A stretch of 61,580 nucleotides of DNA, counting the filler, from Streblomastix strix (lineage: Eukaryota): the NCBI GenBank assembly GCA_008636045.1. It is 2 parts of 2 records of this genome, joined end to end, with 100 filler letters (N's around TTAATTAATTAA, not from the genome) between each part and the next. Parts side by side here need not be neighbours in the genome. Positions count along the whole stretch, not along the records: positions 30,859 to 61,580 come from SNRW01000090.1; 1 more part is not named here. The stretch is one strand, 5' to 3'. The notes below the pieces were generated by a model that did not search any database, had not been told where the DNA came from, and saw nothing but the letters and a program-made list of their open reading frames with translations. Made by a program: the position numbers and the translations under genes. Positions within the stretch are counted from its first letter, which is position 1. Every line of letters starts with the position of its first letter. Below, piece by piece: positions 53,359 through 61,580 of this stretch.

Positions 53359-54535
53359 ATGACTTTATAAGAATTATAAGATATAACGTTTACTAATCAA
53401 GATCTATTGAACGAATATAAAACTACGCCATTAACGAAGAATTCATTGTTCCTTATTAATGGAAATCATTATATTGTTGGAGCTGTTGGAAGTGGTAAAA
53501 TAACATTAATGTGTAAACTAATTGTGATCTATAAGAAAATCATTAATCCATTCATATTATATTTCTCGAATTATGGAGCAGATGAAACTATGGTATTAAA
53601 CCTTAATAGTAAGAACATTTAACTAACGAATGTGACTTATGGAGAAGCAATGATATTTCTACCTGGATTTGATGAGATAAAATATTCAACTAAAGAGATG
53701 TACACTTGGTACAAAATGAATGAGTAAAAATAATCTTATACTAGTGATTTTATTAAGCGAATGGAAGAATAAATAATATAAGCTAACGAGATTAAAAAGA
53801 ATGAAAAACCTAATGATTATCTTAATAGAATTGCTGAACTATTCAAGTAAAAGGTAATCGAGACCATTAATACATATTGTTAACCAACCAAGATATTGAG
53901 ATTCGATTTTCCAGCACTAATTCAAAACGTTACTTATTAAAAGAAATTCAAAATAGTCGATTAGGATTAGGTTGACATAAAAATAATGAAAATACCTATA
54001 TTGGAAAAAGCTTAATTACTCCATACATTAATGTTATTCGATGATATTGGATCTAATGCCGGCATTTAACGATTCAGTTCATAACTATCTAAAACAATAA
54101 CCCATCTCGTTAGCTTATATTATTTATTCTTCCATTCGCTTAATAAAATCACTAGTATAAGATTATTTTTACTCATTCATTTTTTACCAAGTGTACATCT
54201 CTTTAGTTGAATATTTTATCTCATCAAATCCAGGTAGAAATATCATTGCTTCTCCATAAGTCACATTCGTTAGTGATTCAAGGCATAGTAAAAACACTAT
54301 CTTTTTTATAGCTTAACGACCAACTTATATGTTTAAGACAGCTAGGATATTAACACATGTGATCTATTTAGGCGTCAATCTTGGTGAAACTGACCTAAGA
54401 CAAGTGTATGATGAAAATACCATAAAAAATTTAGATTTTGATGAATTCCAATTACTATACAACACATTAAAGAAATATGAATTTATCATATTAAACAAAT
54501 GGATGGGAAAATTTGAAATTCTCAAAAATATATGA
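53359..54535 (+). pseudogene. Genome-packaging ATPase (A32/FtsK-HerA type), interrupted by a 160-nt inverted insertion
   Basis: Walker A YIVGAVGSGKIT, Walker B LMLFDD, then DSRH..TIFFIAQRP..FKTAR. Removing 54114-54273 restores the reading frame (THLVSDSRH). Confidence 0.85.
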
Positions 54536-57500
54536 AAAATAATTATTTTTGATCACACGTATGAGTGTCTTTCGCTGTGAGCCCGAAAATAAATGGACAG
54601 CATGATTGATTCTCTAATACTATCATTTTTGTATGAATTCCTGTGATTCCATTTTTCTCAATAGATAATTGACTCATCTGATGATTCTTCTAGCCTAAAC
54701 GATTATTAGTGCATTTCGTTATCTTACCTTCATTAATGCAATCGACAATCTGGTCTTTAGTGATTTTGTTAGTCTTCTAATTAACTCCTTTCAATTTTAT
54801 TTTTGAATCATCACAATAATTTTTGAATATGATATAATTTTTGGGAGCTAATGCAATCATTGATGGTCCTTGTCTTTCGATTGCTAATCCAAGGATTTCC
54901 TTCTCATCATAAACGTCTCTTTTAATCGTGGGAAAGAAATATTTAGCATTCTCGTTATAGAAATCTCGATCATTAATTACAGCATTAAATTACTATGTAA
55001 AATCTTCATTAGGATTTCCGCTAATTGCCCAATAAGCTGAATCAGTATCTCCTTCAATAAAATGTATCCTATTCATATCTAAGCATTTGTACATGAAATT
55101 ATATATAAAGTTTAGATACCAATATTTAGCATTATCTAATACAAAGAATGCTACTTATAAAGGAGTTTTACAACTACAATGTTCAGGATTCATTTATACA
55201 ATATAATTGTCTTCAGATATCTTTTACTCGTCCATGAACGCATTAGATCTAATAGCTCTTTCTGTTTACTTCCTATTCATTATTTTAACTTTATGTTATT
55301 TCTCTGTATTCATTCCATCACTTCCATATGAGCTATTCATAACAATCTTAAAGAATTATTCTTATCCCTTATTCTCATCTAATTTTGCTTCAATTCTGTT
55401 TTTAGTAAATTCCTTAATAAATGAATTGAATTAATCATGCTTATTAAACAACACTATCTACTTTACATCATCTATAATAAAATGACAATCATCAATTAAG
55501 AACCATAAATAGTATGAGCTAAATGCCATATATTCTCCAATTGTTGATGTAAGATTAGTTAGCTTTCTTTATTTTTGATCAGTCTTAATCGTACTCTATT
55601 TCATGTGACTATACATATAACTACCGATAGTTCTTTCATCAGTAGTGAATTCATAATTCCTTAGAATAGGTGGGAAGTTAATGAAATCGTTAAGGTAATT
55701 CTCATCAATATGACCTTTGACTTCTGCAATGAATAATCTTCCTTCTTATGTATATCTCTTATTGCTATTAATTATTCGTAGTATAGTTTATTTTGAATGG
55801 TCATCTTCTCCCATAATCTTACCTGTTTATGATCCGCACATATACATTTTACCTCCAGTATATTTTATAAATTTATGAGGCTCTAATGACATAACACTAG
55901 GATATAAGGAATTAAAATCAACACCAACTACATGAGTATTTCGATGATCAGTTGTTAAAACAGTAACTTTCTTGGCTTGCTTGTTAAAATATAATCGTTT
56001 AATGAAGTCAATTCCTGATCTATTAACTCGATGCATTACATTTGATAATCCACCTTTGATCCATTTCCTGATTAAATGATTTACATCAATATCTGTTAGA
56101 TTAGTTGGTAAACATCTTATCATGCAATATTTACGTAATTATATGAACAATTTACTTATATTTTTATCTTTATCCGAACAGAAACAATTGCAATATAAAC
56201 AACAGGGTTGAACATTATCTTTTGAATGACCTTTTAAATTGTCGATTCGGTCAAGAGTTGGCTTATTAGCAAAAGTGAATTTACAATCACAAATGCTGCA
56301 ATTAGAAACTTTGAATAATTGTTTGAAATAATCGAAGTCATTATCTTATACGTTATTTGTTGTGTCTCTTTTTTTATGTTTATCTTGCTGTAGATATCCC
56401 TACACTTTACTCTACCAATAGTTCTCAGTTAAGTAAAATTTCTATGATAAATCTTCAAAATTAGGATATACTCCATTAATATCAAAATCCTCATAGGCTT
56501 TAGCATATTTGATAGCATTAGAGCATGCAGCCATACTCATGAAACTAAACATATCAATCTTATATTTAAATTGTAAGCTAATTAGAGTCATTAGTGGCTT
56601 GATCATTATATAAGTATCTTATTCATTATAGAACTATAAATAGTCCCATCTATTTTTAAATCGTTTTGCATCTTCTAGATAAATCTAATAATCCTTCTAA
56701 CTAATTTTTGTCTTCTTTAATGATGAATTGAAATCTTCCATCGTAAATGGCTCTGATTTACTTAGTACATCATTAACGTTATCAGTATTGAAAGCTTCAT
56801 AAGGAAATATCCATTTCTTATCATCGTATCCATCACCAAAATCTTTAGCTGCTTATCTTAACTCCATCGGTTAAAGATTCGTTAACATATCAACAAATTT
56901 CACTTTCAAATTCAATTTCTTATGATGTACAATTACTTATTTTGCTATTGTAGGGCTACCAATATAATTACTGATTGTCCAATCTTTACATTACATTTAT
57001 GATATGATTAATGATATATCAAATCTTGAGCTATTGAATCCTACTATTGGTACTTCCATTGAATAAGGAATTGATTCATCAATGGTGTAAGCTTCAGTGA
57101 TATATTAGTTGTCAGCATTAACTTACTCGGCTTCTTTAAACAATTAATTTAACCATTAGACTATAAAATCATCTCCATCTTATTAGCTAAAGAAGATTTT
57201 CTTAATTCCTTATTTGTTACGAATAGTTGATGCAACTGATAAAGGAAATAGTTCATACATTTAATAGCTTGACTTACCGAACTTTTTATTAACGATTTTA
57301 GGAACTGTTTCTAGATCGTATGTGATGAAGTATTATGTAGGTTTAAACTCATGTTATCTTCCATTTGCTAATAGATATTGATAAGTTTTATTCTACATAA
57401 TGTGTGGAACAAATGGCTTTTATATGTAATCTAGTTTAACTTTCTTAACTATTTTTCCTTCATTATTTTCACATTTTATAATGTGTTTCTCATAGTCTCT

Positions 57501-59140
57501 TGAGTAATTTTTATCTTTAGGATCAAATGCTTTTGAATTACAATGTGGGCAAAATTTCAATCCAGTTAATGCTTATTTATTAGCAATTGCGAAGGCATGT
57601 GATATCTTATTCCCTTCATAAATAGATTTAACAACTAATATATCGATAGTCTTGATGCTTTCCTATTTTTCGTTTAATAATCCTATTAATACATAACTTA
57701 TAATCCTCTATAATAATTCTTATGTTCATTATCGTAATAGTAAATGTCTTAGTTAATTTTTAACTTTTATGATACGATATTAGCGTATTTAGTTATATCT
57801 AATCCTTCAAATGTCTTCAATAAATCAGTCATTTTTCTACTCTTTGAATCAAATGATAGTTCTAATACCTAAACTAAATATTCTCTACTAATGATTATAA
57901 TTGATTCACTTTTATAACATTTCTTTTTTGAATCAGGATGTAATGCCTTTGCTACTGCTTCCATATAACAGTTGTTATTATTTCCTGTATTTTTATATAT
58001 AACATTTTTGCGACCATTACAATGAATATCGATTAATTCTTTCATACTTGCTCAAACAATTTGAGGTTAAAGATTAAATGTTTTGATTAGCATTGAATAG
58101 ATAGCTAAGAATCGTTACTTTGTGCTATCAATTATATAACTCTACATATTTATTATTGCAGATTTAATGTATTGTTTATACTCTTCAATATCTTCATCAA
58201 ATTATATAACTTTTGGAGCATGTTCCTATATTTGTGTATCTCTTGGTAATATATATCCATAATCAACTTAAACCTAATCATTCTAATTAGACTTATATTC
58301 TTCATAAATGACTCCAAAATTGAATTGAATCTTGAATGCTTAATGGTGCTATTCCTCATAAACTTTATCAACAAACTCTTCAATATCTAATAATGATTAA
58401 ATAATATTGTTATAGTGTAATTCGCTTAGTTAACCATTTTCTTCTGTTTATTCTACTGATCGTTCACGTTCAAATCCTTGTCTTGCTTTATAAACTGTAA
58501 CAACAAATTGTTCCATATTCTCAGGAAGAAAATATAATAGAGTGCCCGCATAATTATTTATTTCTCTAACATTTTTTCCACCAAACTATTTAATTAGATC
58601 CTTAATCTCTTTATTTTGATTGACTGTTATTTAATATTGAAGATTCGCCTCTTATTCTTCTTCCATAATTCTTTAAGCTAACTCTTGTTCTTTGGTGATA
58701 TAATCAGTCCAATAATCATCAGCTTATTGTTATTCTTATTCTCTACGATATTCTTATAAATCTTATTCATATTAATTTGAGTGATAATGAGTTAAATCTT
58801 AATGTAATTATCGATTCTATTCTTATATCTCATCATAGTAAATATCCGCTTATTGTTACTATTATTCTCTACGATACTCTTATAAATCTTAATCATATTG
58901 ATTCTATTTGAAATGTTAAACCAAATCTTTCGCTTTGATAATTTACTGATTATAATTATAAACTTATTTTAAATGAGTTTTCAAATCATTGTAGTTATTT
59001 CTTCCTCGTTTCTTATAATTAATTTTTTCTAAATATTTATTGAGTTATTCTTTAAGTTGAATTACTTTTAATTAATCATTTATGTTTTTGTTATTGATTT
59101 TAAGTAATTTTATTAGCTCTGCTTTCTTTAGATACGACAA
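54522..59140 (-). pseudogene. polB: Protein-primed family B DNA polymerase (~1530 codons), disrupted
   Basis: Exonuclease motifs ITYDLET, VGFNSSRFD, FPYE, YNEQD. Polymerase motifs GVDFNSLYPS, KIVMNSSYG, EGDTDS, LAPKNY, KLKGV. Lesions: in-frame TGA at 58052-58054, frameshift near 57675, and TTG at the expected start. Confidence 0.93.
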
Positions 59141-59174
59141 TTTGTTTAAAATAAAAATAATTTATTTAGACAGC

Positions 59175-60650
59175 TCATTAAAATTATATCTCTAGAAGTA
59201 AATTATTATACATATCCATATATTACATTGGTATCTTTCTTCCAAAGTTATCATATAATGTAAAGACTAACGATTTGTTTTATCCTACAAGGCAATACTG
59301 ACTCATCATATTCTATCCCCATAATACTGGAGCATCAACCAAATTCTATTTAAAGCATACGTTCGAGAATCCATTACCTCCTGTTGATTATAGAGTTATT
59401 CCTTATAATTAATTAGATACACAAATTATCAACATTTATGGATACTCTAGAAAATTACCAATGTATGGACAGAATATTGGAAGATCAACTTCTAAACTTT
59501 CATTATTATGTTTAGTTTAATAGAACCATACTTCGAGATCAATATATTTAATAGCTGATGATAAATTAACTAATTAGTTGGCTCCATTTTCGTTCTATCC
59601 ATCATATAGATCTTATCCACCAACTAGTTGGACGTATAGATTTGGAGATAAAAGTATACGATTAGAAAACCAATAAACATTATTTTATTAACAATATTCA
59701 GTTACAACTTATGGGATAAATTATCCATAATAATTAGTTCTTCCAACAGCTGTATAAATATTTTACCATTCAACAATACTAAAAGCGGGTAATGAATTGA
59801 TAATTCTAACTGGAAATGTGTTAATATTATTAATGATTTATTACATTGTTAATTGTTATACATTAATTGGTTAAGCATCAGATGTAGTAAATGTTCCATT
59901 AGCATTTATATCAACTTACTTACCGAATAGGTACCTTATTGATAATCCATTACCTTATGAAAAATGTTTTGGTTCGATTGATGTTATGTAGTAATTTGAT
60001 GTTGGACAATATAATCGTATTAATCCAATCATTCGATATAACTCATTAACTGTAGTATCTAATATCCAGTAATGATAGAGAAATGCATCGATTCTAAGGT
60101 TAATGTAATTGATAGCGGAATTCACTAAATCTTATCCATAATTCTAGTTTAATGAGAACATATAATTCTATAATTTTTATACATGCTCGTTAATTGCATT
60201 ATTAAAGCATATAGCTCCACTATTTAAAGTTGATTATGTCCTAAAATATTTCTCAATTATATCTGTAAAATTATCATATTATGTCAGTGTTAGGAATAGT
60301 AATTATGGAGTATATTTATAACCCTGTATCGTTTGATCACTATTATAAGCATTATTTATTGCAGTATTCAAACTAATACGTATTGGAGGTAATCTATCCA
60401 ACAATTAGCAATGAAACTGATCCTCTCCAATTTACTATTTGAAATAGATTTTCCTTGAATCAGTAGATACTATATTATGCTATATTTCTATATAATCGTT
60501 ATTCAAAAAATATGTTAAATTAATTGGAATGTTATTGATACTATTAACTTGAAAGCTTTAACTACCACTAGGGATAGTCGTTTACCATGTTACATAATCC
60601 TTATGTGAATCCGAGTTGATAATTTGTAAACCGATGTTAGTTATTTTCAT
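59175..60650 (-). CDS. Putative minor capsid protein (penton; 491 aa)
   Basis: Beta-rich ORF ending SLVFTLYDNFGRKIPMQYMDMYNNLLLEIQFQ, which resembles the L.D..GR.I......L.. C-terminal strand pattern of Polinton/PLV pentons. Confidence 0.65.
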
Positions 60651-60668
60651 TGAAACAAAAATAAAACC

Positions 60669-60893
60669 TCAAGATCTTTCATTTAGATATTATATCAGTT
60701 TCATTACTGCAGATTGACTATTCTCAGATGCTATTTATACAATTTCTTTTAACTGTTCCATCTTAAGACGTTTATTATATTGTCTTAATATAAATCTCAA
60801 TTCTATCTCAGGATCATTCTTTGTTGCTCGTGATATAAGTTAGCTCAAAAATGCTGAGTAAGTCATAAATTCTTCACAATTTATTTTTGCCAT
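60669..60893 (-). CDS. Viral hypothetical protein (74 aa)
   Basis: MAKINCEEFMTYSAFLSQLISRATKNDPEIELRFIL...-TGA. Confidence 0.6.
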
Positions 60894-61014
60894 ACTTTTC
60901 ATTAGAAAAATAATATCTTTTTAATGAAGTTATTATAAGTAAAATGCTTGAAATGATAATTAGTATGTCCCAGCCGATTGGATTATATTTATTGAGCTGC
61001 TGTTTTGTTTCCAT
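60874..61014 (-). CDS. Small single-pass membrane ORF (46 aa)
   Basis: METKQQLNKYNPIGWDILIIISSILLIITSLKRYYFSNEKYGKNKL-TGA. Confidence 0.45.
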   Translation of the reverse strand: METKQQLNKYNPIGWDILIIISSILLIITSLKRYYFSNEKYGKNKL

Positions 61015-61051
61015 TTATTTATTACTAAAATACAAATTATATACAATTAAA

Positions 61052-61580
61052 ATGTAAAGAGAAGTTAAACGATCTAAATCATCTGGTCCAAAGTCAAGTG
61101 CAAAAAGAGTAGGAAGATTAAGTAATTAACCAAAAGCATAAAATGTAAAGGAATATATGCAGCAAAAATAAAAGTATATACATAAATCAAAGTATATTGA
61201 TCCAACATCAGTAGCTAAAGTTCCTTAGATTTTACACGATATCGGATAGCTATAAACTGTTTAAGGAAGATTAAATAAAGGTTAATATGAATAAATAATT
61301 CATTAAATTATTGAAGCTGATCCCACTATTACGATAGAAGAAGCTGATGCAGCAATATAAGGATTTAAAGGTAAAGTTAGATAACAACGAATATATGGAG
61401 GATATGATCCTAATGACCTAATAGAAAGTAATAGAGAAGCTTAATAGTTGATTAACGATTTACTAATTCCATAATCTAAACAACAAACGTAATAAGCGGA
61501 TGCTGATACTGATTAAAATATTAATGATCGTTTTAATGAACCATCACATGATGTTAGTTCAAAGAGATAGCCATCAGCAC
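61052..61580 (+). CDS. Viral protein with a basic N-terminus (possible core protein), 3' truncated
   Basis: MQREVKRSKSSGPKSSAKRVGR...RIYGGYDPN...; the frame is open to the window edge. Confidence 0.6.

Larger units (their letters stand above)
44799..61580. mobile_element. Endogenous Polinton/Maverick-like virus (right end beyond window)
   Basis: Intronless compact gene array with protein-primed PolB, packaging ATPase, MCP-sized and penton-like genes and fibre genes. The left boundary is inferred from AGTAGT at 44799. Confidence 0.9.

Noticed and set aside
918..58383. Most short ORFs in the supplied track (F/L/I-rich 60-150 aa)
   Set aside because: They are antisense or off-frame shadows of long genes, produced by treating TAA/TAG as stops.
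44799..61580. Integrase, maturation protease, reverse transcriptase, tRNA or rRNA genes
   Set aside because: No such motifs were recognised in the window; integrase and protease may lie beyond the right edge.

Overview
AT-rich eukaryotic (protist) DNA that uses a non-standard nuclear code: TAA/TAG = Gln and TGA is the only stop. The supplied standard-code ORF track therefore fragments almost every real gene. The code, the short introns and the huge low-complexity proteins suggest an oxymonad such as Streblomastix, but this is inference and a ciliate is not excluded. Bases 1 to ~44 kb carry host genes: a >3600-aa coiled-coil/low-complexity protein, a giant Fab1/PIKfyve-type lipid kinase, a protein with an OB/cold-shock-like domain plus a CCCH finger, an unknown protein, an RPAP1/Rba50 homologue, RFC5, an intron-rich RAD50, U2 snRNP A' and a Cys-rich repeat surface protein. 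From ~44.8 kb to the right edge lies an intronless, densely packed endogenous Polinton/Maverick-like DNA virus written in the host code. It encodes a protein-primed PolB with an HNH-like insertion, a packaging ATPase, putative major and minor capsid proteins, two phage-tail-fibre-like proteins, a candidate myristoylated amphipathic peptide and several small ORFs. PolB and the ATPase are disrupted in this copy. The element runs off the window, and no integrase or protease is visible. All translations were read by eye; the very long ORFs were spot-checked, not verified codon by codon.
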